DNA of 26,151 bases. Origin: a virus. Lineage: Duplodnaviria > Caudoviricetes. The notes beneath the pieces were generated by a model. The model worked only from the letters and a program-made list of their open reading frames with translations, made no database searches and had not been told where the DNA came from. The stretch is taken from positions 1 through 26,151 of IMG/VR virus record IMGVR_UViG_3300017777_001854; one strand, written 5' to 3'. Shown here in pieces: positions 7,235-17,026 of this stretch. Within the stretch, counting starts at the first letter, position 1. Each line of letters opens with the position of its first letter. The position numbers were made by a program, and so were the translations under genes.

Positions 7235-9282
7235 TGACTATAAAAGATATTATACAACTATTCGGTTATTTCACAGCACAACACCCTATATTACGAACTT
7301 TTAGTTGGGGAAACCTGGCTGACTATTCAAGGGATACTTACATCACCGAATACCCTGCGTTCCACGCTGTTCCACAACCATCAGTCGTGGATAAAAACTT
7401 TGCCGATTTCAATTTCAACATTCTAATCTATGACTTGTTGAATGAATACATAGATGGAGACCCAATCAATTCTAACCAGTTGGATAGTTTGGCTTTAACG
7501 GAAACCATCTTAAATGACTTCTACGCATTCTTTACAAACCAACTTACCCAATACGGATACTTCCTTACAACTAGTGTAAATTACACACCCTTTATGGATA
7601 GGTTCAAGGAAGAAGTTGTAGGTATTGAAGCGACCATCACAATCAGGGTAGAACAGACAGCCTGTATCCCTGACTTCGTAAATCAAAATGGTTTTTTGTT
7701 ATATGAAAATGGAAACATTATGACTAGTGAAGATTGTGAAGTTGTAAATTATGCTTCCCCTGCTTGTCCTAATGAAACCATCGGTCAATTACCAATCTTT
7801 AGTGGTGATTATACGGGGGGTTGGGTAGTGTTTAACAATTCAGGTAATACAATCACTTACAGAATAAATGTGAATGACTTGAAGGGTAATTCAGGAACAT
7901 CAGGAACGAGCGGAACTTCAGGTAGTAGTGGAACATCAGGACAGAACGGAACATCGGGTAGTTCAGGAACTAGTGGTGTTGCGGGAACAAGTGGCTCATC
8001 AGGGACATCAGGTTCTAGTGGGGTTTCAGGAACTAGCGGAACATCGGGTAGTTCAGGTTCAAGTGGTTCGTCAGGAAGTAGTGGCACATCAGGAACGAGC
8101 GGAAGTTCGGGGACTAGTGGTGGGACAGGTTCATCAGGTTCAAGTGGGACATCAGGTAGTTCAGGGACAAGTGGTAGTAGTGGAACGGACGGAGCAACAG
8201 GTTCATCAGGAAGTAGTGGGACATCGGGAAGTTCAGGAACATCAGGTTCTAGTGGTGTTAGTGGCACATCAGGAACAAGTGGTTCGTCAGGTCAAGATGG
8301 AACATCAGGAAGTAGTGGAAGTTCGGGAACAAGTGGTTCGTCAGGTAGTAGCGGAACAAGTGGAAGTTCAGGAACTAGTGGTATAAATGGTGTATCTTCA
8401 AGTGTATTTTATTATGAAGCAAAGGACAACGCACAATCAGGTAATCCTGGTTCGGGACATATTCTTTGGAATAATATTACGATGACCGCATCAACCCAAA
8501 TCAACATCAACCATCTTACAGACACACCAGTAACAGACATAGATATATTCTTGGCTTTATTACAAGTAGGACAACAGATTACAATTCAAGACCAATCTAA
8601 TAGTGGAAATTATCAGGTATGGAATATAACAGGTGCGACAACACAAATCGTAGGAGCATCTAACTATTGGTTAGTTCCTGTATCTTTGGTTAGTGCTGCG
8701 GGAACAGCGCAATTCCCCAACAATCATAAAATCATATTAGCAACACTTGGAGCGACTGGTAGTTCAGGAACTTCAGGTAGTAGTGGAACATCAGGTTCGT
8801 CAGGAACATCAGGTAGTTCAGGAACGAGCGGTTCATCATCAGCGGTAGATGTGTATAGCGGGGGAACTTTGGTTGTATCACAAGCAACCATATTAGATTT
8901 TTCAGGAGCAACAATCACTAGTGGTGGAACAGGTGTAGCAAACATCGTCATTACAGGTGGCGGTGGTGGTGGAACATCAGGGACTAGTGGTAGTTCAGGA
9001 ACATCAGGCTCACAACCTATCCGTGTCTTAAATCAAACATTATTATTTTCTGCTTGGACTTACAATACAGGAACAACTTATTACGATTATAGTTATTCTA
9101 ACACAGGAATAACAACATCTTCAAGGGTAGATTTCGTCCCTTACAACGCATCAGTTTATATGGCAACAATTTCAAGAATACAACCATATAACGATGTATT
9201 TTCAGGTTCATCAACATTTTTTTCACAATATCCCCCATCAGCAAATATAACAGGGGACATATACATTTTCACAACGACATAA
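7234..9282 (+). CDS. Tail terminator/neck-like domain fused to a Gly-X-X fibre and beta-rich domains
   Basis: The first ~145 aa carry YP..H..P, FNFNILIYD and PFMDRF...G..ATITI motifs as in tail completion proteins. Three Gly-Ser/Thr triplet blocks follow. Confidence 0.6.
   Translation: MTIKDIIQLFGYFTAQHPILRTFSWGNLADYSRDTYITEYPAFHAVPQPSVVDKNFADFNFNILIYDLLNEYIDGDPINSNQLDSLALTETILNDFYAFFTNQLTQYGYFLTTSVNYTPFMDRFKEEVVGIEATITIRVEQTACIPDFVNQNGFLLYENGNIMTSEDCEVVNYASPACPNETIGQLPIFSGDYTGGWVVFNNSGNTITYRINVNDLKGNSGTSGTSGTSGSSGTSGQNGTSGSSGTSGVAGTSGSSGTSGSSGVSGTSGTSGSSGSSGSSGSSGTSGTSGSSGTSGGTGSSGSSGTSGSSGTSGSSGTDGATGSSGSSGTSGSSGTSGSSGVSGTSGTSGSSGQDGTSGSSGSSGTSGSSGSSGTSGSSGTSGINGVSSSVFYYEAKDNAQSGNPGSGHILWNNITMTASTQININHLTDTPVTDIDIFLALLQVGQQITIQDQSNSGNYQVWNITGATTQIVGASNYWLVPVSLVSAAGTAQFPNNHKIILATLGATGSSGTSGSSGTSGSSGTSGSSGTSGSSSAVDVYSGGTLVVSQATILDFSGATITSGGTGVANIVITGGGGGGTSGTSGSSGTSGSQPIRVLNQTLLFSAWTYNTGTTYYDYSYSNTGITTSSRVDFVPYNASVYMATISRIQPYNDVFSGSSTFFSQYPPSANITGDIYIFTTT
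7885..8397 (+). repeat. 57 uninterrupted Gly-X-X triplets, mostly GTS and GSS
   Basis: Direct translation. Further blocks at 8749-8838 (10 triplets) and about 8956-9015. Confidence 0.95.
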
Positions 9283-9285
9283 GAT

Positions 9286-11469
9286 ATGCCATTCATTATA
9301 CCAAACCAAACATCAACCGCATTACTTCGTCCTGTTTCAACACCTTCAGGTTGGACTAGACCTGTTGATTGGATTACAATAACAGATACACCTGGCGAAG
9401 TTCAATTTTTAATGAGCGATGCTACATCACCATTTACCGCCATAAATACAATCTTTACACAAACGGGCGGTGTAGGTAATATCTATATTGATTGGGGTGA
9501 TGGAACAACAGATACAATTTCAAGTTTATCCGCAACAACAAATCACACTTATACATCAGGGGGAACAGCAAGCACATTAGGATATAATATGTGGAAGATG
9601 AGGGTGTATGGTGATGCGGGAACGACTTTAACAAACACAAGTATTTCTTGGAATACAAATCAAACAACTACTTATATCGCTAGTCCAAGTGGATTATTAG
9701 AAGCGGTATATGGTGATGGAACACAAACTTCAGGTTTTGCGTCTTTATTTCAATCTTTCGGCTCAAACCCAAGACCTTATTTTACATATTTAACTTATGT
9801 TAAATTACCATCAGTAATAAACACAGCGGGTGCCATATTCACATCAACATTTTTTGCTTGTTTTAATTTAAGAAAAGTTGTTATGCCAATATCAGCACCT
9901 AACGCAACTTCATTCGTATCGTGTTTTAGTTCGTGTTTTTCTTTGACTGAACCTATTATTATGCCACAAGATGCGACTTCAATAACATCATTAAGCAGCA
10001 CATTTAATTCTTGTTATATTATAACATCAATTACATTACCACCGACCTTGAATAATAATACAAGTATGAACCAAACATTCAGCCAGTGCTATTCTTTAAC
10101 ACAAATTAAAGTTCCACCAACCCCACTTTGTTTGGATTATACATCTATGTTGGCTAGTTGTGCTAGTTTATTATCATTTGAGTTTATTGAGTTTCCAACA
10201 ACAGCAGGAACAATCAATATGACGACTATGTTTAATCTTTGTAGTTCTTTGGAATATATTAAACTGCCAGCAACCACATCGGGTAATGATGTAAATATGA
10301 CCCAAACATTCCAAAACTGCTACGCATTAAAAAATTGTGTATTACCATCAAACTTAAATGCTAGTAATATGACTGGCACATTCCAAAATTGTTATTCAAT
10401 ATCTTCTGTGGTATTTCCAACAAGTATGTCTGGTTTAACAAATATGACTAGCACATTTAATACTTGTTATAATTTACAACAAATTACTTTACCAACATCA
10501 GTAGGAGCAACAATAAGCCTACAACTAACATTTAATAATTGTTTTGCGATAAGTGATATTACAATACCATCATCGTATAATATAACTTCATTATTAAACA
10601 CATTTAATACTGCCACTAATTTAAGAACACTTACATTACCAAATAACGCTCAAAATAGTTTAACAACTATGGCTACTATGTGTAGTGGTTGTAGAAATCT
10701 ACAATCAATAGTGATGCCAACAAGTATGACTTCATTAAACACTTTAGCAAATGCTTTTACCAGTTGTTTTAGTTTATCATCAATAGTATTTCCATCATCA
10801 TTAAATGCTGTTACTAGTATGGCAAGCACATTCAACAGCTGCTTTTTTTTATCTAGTATTACTTTACCAACAAGTATGACTTCACTTACTGCCGTCAATT
10901 CTTTATTCCAGAATTGTTATTCATTAAAAAGTGTTGTAATGCCAGCAAATGCTCCTGCCATTACAAATTACGGCTCAACATTTTCGCAATGTTATTCTTT
11001 AACAAATATTACATTTCCAACAACACCATCAACTAACCTTGCTGTTCTTGGAACTACAATAAACCTTTGTTGGTCTTTAACAGGTATAACTAACACAGAG
11101 TTTTTAGGTAATTCTGGAACAACAGGAACTATCTATGTTGATTTTAGTGCTAATCAAAACTTCCAACTTCCAACATTAGATATGCGTTGTAAGTTTTCAA
11201 GATTTCAACTTTTAGGATTATCAAGTGAAATAACAAAACTAACATCACTACGATTACGAAATAATGGTTCAGGACAATATGCGGGAACATCACCACAAAT
11301 AAACATTCAATATAACGGATTAGGACAGGCAGCGTTGGTTCAGGTCTTTAATGACTTACCAACAATAGTAAGTAAAACAATAAACATTACAGGTTGTAGT
11401 GGAGCAGCAGCACTTACGGCACCTGAAAGAGCAATCGCAACAGGTAAAGGTTGGACTATAGTAGGATAA
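9286..11469 (+). CDS. Putative tail fibre/receptor-binding protein with PKD-like domain and BspA-like leucine-rich repeats
   Basis: IDWGDG...HTY motif; roughly 17 repeats of about 24-26 aa (F..CYSL.SI.LP.S...LT.M..T); C-terminal cap AIATGKGWTI. Confidence 0.75.
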   Translation: MPFIIPNQTSTALLRPVSTPSGWTRPVDWITITDTPGEVQFLMSDATSPFTAINTIFTQTGGVGNIYIDWGDGTTDTISSLSATTNHTYTSGGTASTLGYNMWKMRVYGDAGTTLTNTSISWNTNQTTTYIASPSGLLEAVYGDGTQTSGFASLFQSFGSNPRPYFTYLTYVKLPSVINTAGAIFTSTFFACFNLRKVVMPISAPNATSFVSCFSSCFSLTEPIIMPQDATSITSLSSTFNSCYIITSITLPPTLNNNTSMNQTFSQCYSLTQIKVPPTPLCLDYTSMLASCASLLSFEFIEFPTTAGTINMTTMFNLCSSLEYIKLPATTSGNDVNMTQTFQNCYALKNCVLPSNLNASNMTGTFQNCYSISSVVFPTSMSGLTNMTSTFNTCYNLQQITLPTSVGATISLQLTFNNCFAISDITIPSSYNITSLLNTFNTATNLRTLTLPNNAQNSLTTMATMCSGCRNLQSIVMPTSMTSLNTLANAFTSCFSLSSIVFPSSLNAVTSMASTFNSCFFLSSITLPTSMTSLTAVNSLFQNCYSLKSVVMPANAPAITNYGSTFSQCYSLTNITFPTTPSTNLAVLGTTINLCWSLTGITNTEFLGNSGTTGTIYVDFSANQNFQLPTLDMRCKFSRFQLLGLSSEITKLTSLRLRNNGSGQYAGTSPQINIQYNGLGQAALVQVFNDLPTIVSKTINITGCSGAAALTAPERAIATGKGWTIVG

Positions 11470-11473
11470 GATT

Positions 11474-11665
11474 ATGATATACAAATTATTTTTAGAAGAA
11501 GGATTGTATCAAGACAAGGATACAAAAGAACCAAGAAACTTACTTGAAGGGGAAATTGCTTATACCCCTGAAGGTATAAATGTAGGTTGGACTGAATTGG
11601 AAAACCTTGAAGCAGCGTTGGAATATTTCAACCTTGAATTAGTCCCTGAACCTGAAGAAGAATAA
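11474..11665 (+). CDS. Small acidic protein, possible fibre chaperone
   Basis: 63 aa, Glu-rich, directly after the fibre gene. Confidence 0.55.
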   Translation: MIYKLFLEEGLYQDKDTKEPRNLLEGEIAYTPEGINVGWTELENLEAALEYFNLELVPEPEEE

Positions 11666-12234
11666 TGGAAGAAGAATTGTTAAACCTTATTGGTGAATAT
11701 TTGGTTAAACAGGTAAAGGAACTTATCCTGACCCCAAAACCCCGTTTTACCAAAAGGGGTAGTATGACTAAACCAAGTAGCCCATATAATTTTAACGCTA
11801 GTGGTAGATTATACAATTCCGTATCTTATGTTTTAAGGGACGGGGAAATAGATATACTGATGGAAGATTATGGGGTTGATAATGTATTTGGTGAAGGTAG
11901 TTGGCCTGGTCGTGGAGCCTATTATCCCGATACAAGAGCCAAAGGTAGTAAGGCTAGTGTATCACCACTTATTACCGAATTAGAAAAATGGGTAAAAGCC
12001 AAAATAGGACTTCAAGGAGCCAAAGCAAAAGGTATGGCATTCGCCGTTAGAAAGAACTTATTTAAGGCAGGATACAAGGGATACAGAATATTTACTGATG
12101 AGTTCCAAACTGAAACTGGTAAGTATGTTGAAACTTTATTAGAACAACCACAATATCAAGAATTAGTGTTGGGAGACATATTTGATAGAATAAACATATT
12201 TGGAACACAACAATATAATATAGGATTATCATAA
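11665..12234 (+). CDS. Neck/tail completion protein (HK97 gp10-like)
   Basis: ASGRLYNS, DYG..V..G..PG, L.KWVKAK and AFAVRKNLFKAG motifs; basic composition. Confidence 0.65.
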   Translation: MEEELLNLIGEYLVKQVKELILTPKPRFTKRGSMTKPSSPYNFNASGRLYNSVSYVLRDGEIDILMEDYGVDNVFGEGSWPGRGAYYPDTRAKGSKASVSPLITELEKWVKAKIGLQGAKAKGMAFAVRKNLFKAGYKGYRIFTDEFQTETGKYVETLLEQPQYQELVLGDIFDRINIFGTQQYNIGLS

Positions 12235-14516
12235 TGATTACATTTTTATCACAACCAGAAACAATACAGCCTGTATATGGCAACTTGGTTTATCAATTTC
12301 AATCAACAGCTGCAACAGACCCATCTTTATACAAATACAGATATGTTGTAAATGTCTATACACAAGACGGACTAATAGCCGAACTTAAAATAACATCTTC
12401 AAGTCAAGGGTGGGGACAGATAGACCTTTCCCCAATTCTATTGAACTACACATCATCTAAACCCGTAAATATAGGGTGTTCGGGTGATACAGCCATTCAA
12501 GGAGCAGCGTGGGGTTATTTAAGAAACAATATGATTATCTACGACATCATCGTAGGTGAAGAATACGCAACAACACCAACAGGGGTGGTAGTCATTTATG
12601 ATGGTAATGGTAATGTTGGAAATCCTGGTGTTAGAAGTGATGTATGTTATGCCACTAATGGTGTGAAGGAATGGTTCAACGGAAAGTATTATGACTTTGA
12701 CCCGTTTTATTTAACAGGACAGACAGGAACTTTTCCACAATACACATCAAGATTTTTAACCAATTCCCCAAGAACAAGATACATTCGTCAGGGGGACAAC
12801 GCATTACTAGCGGCTGTGAATTGGTTTGATACTACAGATGTATTACCTGCTCGTGAAATCTATTCTGCCTTATTCACATTCTATAATGAAAGTGATGCGG
12901 TGGTTTCAACAGGTAGAACCTATAATGTAGAAAGCCTATGTGGAACAAGACCTAATTGTTCTTACTACGATGGATTTTGGGACACCCCTACAAATTGGAC
13001 AGAACAACAAGTAGTTTATTTGGGGGTAGGAAGTCCTAACCTTGAAGAACACGGAATAAACATTCCAGCAACAACGAAATACTATAAGGTTGAATTGGAA
13101 GGGACACTATCCCAACCGACACCACCAACACCAGCGATAGATAATTTTGATGGTTGTTCGTGTGGTGAATACGAAGCGTTTAATCCACCACTAGCGATTG
13201 ATGATGTTGAAATAGAATACCTATCTTGTTTGGGTGAAGTAAGTTATATTACAATCCCCCCAAACACTTATGGTAGATGGTGTGCGTGCCAAAACACAAA
13301 CATAACATCTTTAGGTGTTGAAGTTCCAATTACCTTTATTGGTATTTGTAATGATTGTATCTGTAAGACATATCAAATAGCGAACAGCGACCCTGATTTT
13401 TCTTATTCATATACAGGACTTACTTGTTCGGGAGCAACAAGTTTTACAGGTTCAGTATCCGCAGACACTACAATCGTAGTATGTGGTTGTGAAGATAGTA
13501 TAAGTGGTATAACAGGTTCTTTAATCATTACTGAACTTGGGGATTGTCCTTTACCATTTAGTGCTGATTGTAGGGAGTTCGCAGTTGATACAAATGTAGG
13601 ATATGTCTTGGATATAACCTATACGGGTTGTTGTGGAAACTTACTAACAATTTCAGTTCCACCCGCAGTGTCGGTAGTGTTATGTGCGAACAATCCGTTC
13701 CCTGTATCTGCGTTATGGAACAGCACCAATTTAAGTGCTTGTTCCCCTACACCTTGTCCCACACCGACACCTTTACCTACCCCTGATAGTATCCCAACAG
13801 GACAACCAATCGTGGCTGTAAATGTTTGTGATGGTGGTGAAATGTTCTTCCGTTATTCAGGTGATACAATCGCAGTAGGTCAATTTATCAATTATGAAAA
13901 TACCATTTATGAAATTACCGAAATCGGTGGTGGTGGATTTATTCAACTTACAGACCCTTTTGTGTTTGATACTGAAGCATCAGCATTATCATCGTTCCCT
14001 TGTCCCCTTACTACAACTGGTTCTTGTTTAACAACGACCATCATTAGCGAACCATTCTATTTCTATTACGATGATAATTGTAGTTCAGGAAATAGGGTTG
14101 TGTTCTTCTTAAATAAGTTAGGTGCTTGGGACAACTATAATTTTAGGGCTCGTGAAGATGTGGGTTATTCTGTTGAAAAACAAGTAATCCAAACCAACCC
14201 TGAATTGTATTCTGCTGGTTGGGACACACCATCTTACTTTGGTTGGAATAGTGAGCGTTCAGTATGGTCGCAGTTGGTAGGACAATCGGGGGTTCTTTAT
14301 ACCGACTACTTACCACAGGCAGAAAGTTTATGGTTGAGCGAAGAACTAGTCCAATCCCCTTCAGTTTATTTGGTGGGTGATAATGGGGTTTTAGAACCTG
14401 TTGTGATTACCAATACTGAAATGATTAAACCTAACTACCAAATCAATTCATCAAAATATCAAATCCAAATTGAATATAAATCTGCTTACGATACAATAAG
14501 ACAAAATCACGAATAA
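12234..14516 (+). CDS. Tail structural protein (distal-tail-like) with Cys-rich insertion
   Basis: N-terminal YKYRYVVNVY and C-terminal FLNKLGAWDNYNF...LVQSPSVYL motifs; Pro/Thr-flanked Cys-rich insert. Confidence 0.6.
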   Translation: MITFLSQPETIQPVYGNLVYQFQSTAATDPSLYKYRYVVNVYTQDGLIAELKITSSSQGWGQIDLSPILLNYTSSKPVNIGCSGDTAIQGAAWGYLRNNMIIYDIIVGEEYATTPTGVVVIYDGNGNVGNPGVRSDVCYATNGVKEWFNGKYYDFDPFYLTGQTGTFPQYTSRFLTNSPRTRYIRQGDNALLAAVNWFDTTDVLPAREIYSALFTFYNESDAVVSTGRTYNVESLCGTRPNCSYYDGFWDTPTNWTEQQVVYLGVGSPNLEEHGINIPATTKYYKVELEGTLSQPTPPTPAIDNFDGCSCGEYEAFNPPLAIDDVEIEYLSCLGEVSYITIPPNTYGRWCACQNTNITSLGVEVPITFIGICNDCICKTYQIANSDPDFSYSYTGLTCSGATSFTGSVSADTTIVVCGCEDSISGITGSLIITELGDCPLPFSADCREFAVDTNVGYVLDITYTGCCGNLLTISVPPAVSVVLCANNPFPVSALWNSTNLSACSPTPCPTPTPLPTPDSIPTGQPIVAVNVCDGGEMFFRYSGDTIAVGQFINYENTIYEITEIGGGGFIQLTDPFVFDTEASALSSFPCPLTTTGSCLTTTIISEPFYFYYDDNCSSGNRVVFFLNKLGAWDNYNFRAREDVGYSVEKQVIQTNPELYSAGWDTPSYFGWNSERSVWSQLVGQSGVLYTDYLPQAESLWLSEELVQSPSVYLVGDNGVLEPVVITNTEMIKPNYQINSSKYQIQIEYKSAYDTIRQNHE

Positions 14517-14517
14517 T

Positions 14518-17022
14518 ATGGTTGAACTATGGTTAAAATCAAACAACACGGGGGTATGGGAAAGTTTAGATACAGGGGCAGATGTATCCATTTCAATAAC
14601 CAAATCATTTGAGGAAATAGAAGATTTCCAAACAAAAAAATCTTCATATTCCAAAACATTTTCTATACCCCAAACAGCAAAGAACAACAGGTTCTTCGCC
14701 GCAGCGTATAATGTGAATAGTGCTAATTTTAGTGATGATATTGTTATTCCCGCTGTTGTAAAATATGGTGGAGCAGATGTCTTTAATGGTTCTTGTAGAT
14801 TAAACAAAATCATCAATTCAGTTCAAGGTGGTTCGTATGAAATCTTCCTAACAGAAAACTTACCTGACTTGGCTTTGACCTTACAGGAAATCAAACTAAC
14901 TGACTTGGATTTTTCAGGTTTAACCCACACATTAAACTATGATAATATTGTATCAACTTGGTCTTATACTGGTGGGTCTTACACGAACTACACAGGACTT
15001 ACTGGTTCAATCGTTTATCCATTAGGGTTCTACGGATACGATGACGCACAATACTATTCCAGATTTGATTTATCCCCATCAGGTTTCACTTTTTCAGGGG
15101 CTCCATTAGCCCCATCACAATTTGCGCCTTGGGTTTCTGCCAAGTATCTTATTGATAATATGTTTTTAAGAGCAGGTTTTACCTATGATAGTTCTTTCTT
15201 GAATAGTGATTACTTCAACGGAATATTCTGTTTAGCCAAAACAAACCAATCACAAGGGGGACAAGTTGTATCAGGTTCAAGTAAAAATGCCAACATCTTT
15301 AGTGTGAATTATACAAGGATTTTATTAGACGATGCTGAAGGAAACTTCTACCCTAATTTCTATAAAGGATTTGTATTCGTAAATGAATTAAATGACCCCT
15401 TGAATATCTTTAGTCCTGCTAGAAATGGTGGTGCTGCGGGTAGGGGAAACTTCTTTACAACAGCCGTATCAGGTGTGTATAAGTTCAAGGTTAGTTTCAA
15501 CGCATCGGTTGATAATACATCTGTTCCCTGTATCTTGGATATTGCGGTTAAAGATGTTGATGACGGAACATTATATTCACAAGTCAGGGGTATTGCTATT
15601 TTAACACAAGGAACAGAAGTGGATAATATGTATGTGAATGCTACAATACCAGGTGGTAGAAGGGTGGCACTTTATTACACAAGACAAAATAGCGGATATG
15701 ACCCCAACGCTAGAATAAGATTTACCTATCAGGCTTGGGAACTTTGGTCTTCACCTGTATTGGTTGGTGATAAAGAATTATTATTACAAGACAACCTACC
15801 TAATGAAACAACCTGTTTGGACTTCTTTAAGGGGATTGTAGATACTTTTAACCTAGTGGTAATACCTAATGGTGATAATTCACTTTTGATTGAAAGGTGG
15901 GACACTTATTTTAATACAGGACAAGAACTAGATTGGAGCCAGAAATTAGATATTTCACAGGACTATAGTATTGAACCGACAACATCTTTAACGAAAGAAT
16001 ATATCTTGAAGTATAAAGACAGCACGGACAGGTATAGTCAAATCAACCAACAAGACAGAAACCAACAATTCGGGACTTATAGAAACATTAGTAATCTAGC
16101 ATATCATAGTGGAACGAAGGTAATTGAAAGTCCATTTCAACCATTACCAATTTCTACATTTGACGGAACAACAGATAGTAATATTTTAGTTCCACATTTA
16201 TACACTTGGAATAATGGGGCTAGTGGTGATACAGCACAATACACACCATTAGGAACTGATATTATATTGGGTTTCTATAATGGATTATTGGATAGTAAAA
16301 TCACAGGAACAACAACCCCTTACTATATCCTATCGGGTTTCACAGGTGTTTCACAAACGACTTATCCTGCTATATCACACTTATCATCTTACGAATATTC
16401 ACCATCAACCTTTAGCGACTTGAACTTTGGAAACCAGTATGACTTTTGGCAACCGATGACTGATAGTTATGTTGGTTATACCTTGAATGATAATTACCAT
16501 AACTTTTGGATTGGTAGGGTAGAACAACTTTACGATAGTAGTGTTAAAATATTCAACGGAATATTCAGGCTTACCCCAACTGAAATAAACAATTTAGGTT
16601 TCAACGATAAGGTGTATTTCCTAAACGCTTGGTGGAGGTTATTATCTATGAATGACGCAGACATCACCGATATTAGTTTGGTGTCTTGTTCGTTTATTAA
16701 AATACCATTTGATAATGTGGAAACACCTTTAATACCACCGACATATCGTCAGGCACCATTCACACCACAACCGACCCCAACTGGTTCAACATATCAGTAT
16801 GTTATGTTTAGTTCTAACAACCTAAATGAAATGTGTGCTGAAACATCAGCCCAAGTTGTAGTCAATTCTAACTGCTCTACATTATCTGCTGGTTGTTCTG
16901 TGTTTAGTGATACATCAGCGACAATACCGATTACCGAAGGAACATTCCTAAAACAAGTGGGGTTAAATACTATTTATCAAGTGATAGAATATGGTATTCT
17001 AACAAACTTTACAACCTGTTAA
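14518..17022 (+). CDS. Tail tip/baseplate hub-like protein
   Basis: ISITKSFEEIEDF..KKSSYSKTFSIP.T.KNNRFF N-terminus, LDFFKGIVDTFNL and LDWSQKLD motifs; lies next to the tape measure gene. Confidence 0.65.
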   Translation: MVELWLKSNNTGVWESLDTGADVSISITKSFEEIEDFQTKKSSYSKTFSIPQTAKNNRFFAAAYNVNSANFSDDIVIPAVVKYGGADVFNGSCRLNKIINSVQGGSYEIFLTENLPDLALTLQEIKLTDLDFSGLTHTLNYDNIVSTWSYTGGSYTNYTGLTGSIVYPLGFYGYDDAQYYSRFDLSPSGFTFSGAPLAPSQFAPWVSAKYLIDNMFLRAGFTYDSSFLNSDYFNGIFCLAKTNQSQGGQVVSGSSKNANIFSVNYTRILLDDAEGNFYPNFYKGFVFVNELNDPLNIFSPARNGGAAGRGNFFTTAVSGVYKFKVSFNASVDNTSVPCILDIAVKDVDDGTLYSQVRGIAILTQGTEVDNMYVNATIPGGRRVALYYTRQNSGYDPNARIRFTYQAWELWSSPVLVGDKELLLQDNLPNETTCLDFFKGIVDTFNLVVIPNGDNSLLIERWDTYFNTGQELDWSQKLDISQDYSIEPTTSLTKEYILKYKDSTDRYSQINQQDRNQQFGTYRNISNLAYHSGTKVIESPFQPLPISTFDGTTDSNILVPHLYTWNNGASGDTAQYTPLGTDIILGFYNGLLDSKITGTTTPYYILSGFTGVSQTTYPAISHLSSYEYSPSTFSDLNFGNQYDFWQPMTDSYVGYTLNDNYHNFWIGRVEQLYDSSVKIFNGIFRLTPTEINNLGFNDKVYFLNAWWRLLSMNDADITDISLVSCSFIKIPFDNVETPLIPPTYRQAPFTPQPTPTGSTYQYVMFSSNNLNEMCAETSAQVVVNSNCSTLSAGCSVFSDTSATIPITEGTFLKQVGLNTIYQVIEYGILTNFTTC

Positions 17023-17026
17023 AACT

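Noticed and set aside
7857-8951. Alternative-frame and minus-strand ORFs over the Gly-X-X blocks
   Set aside because: These are stop-poor shadows of the repeat.
9286-11469. Diversity-generating retroelement target
   Set aside because: No reverse transcriptase and no adenine-variant template repeat seen in the window.
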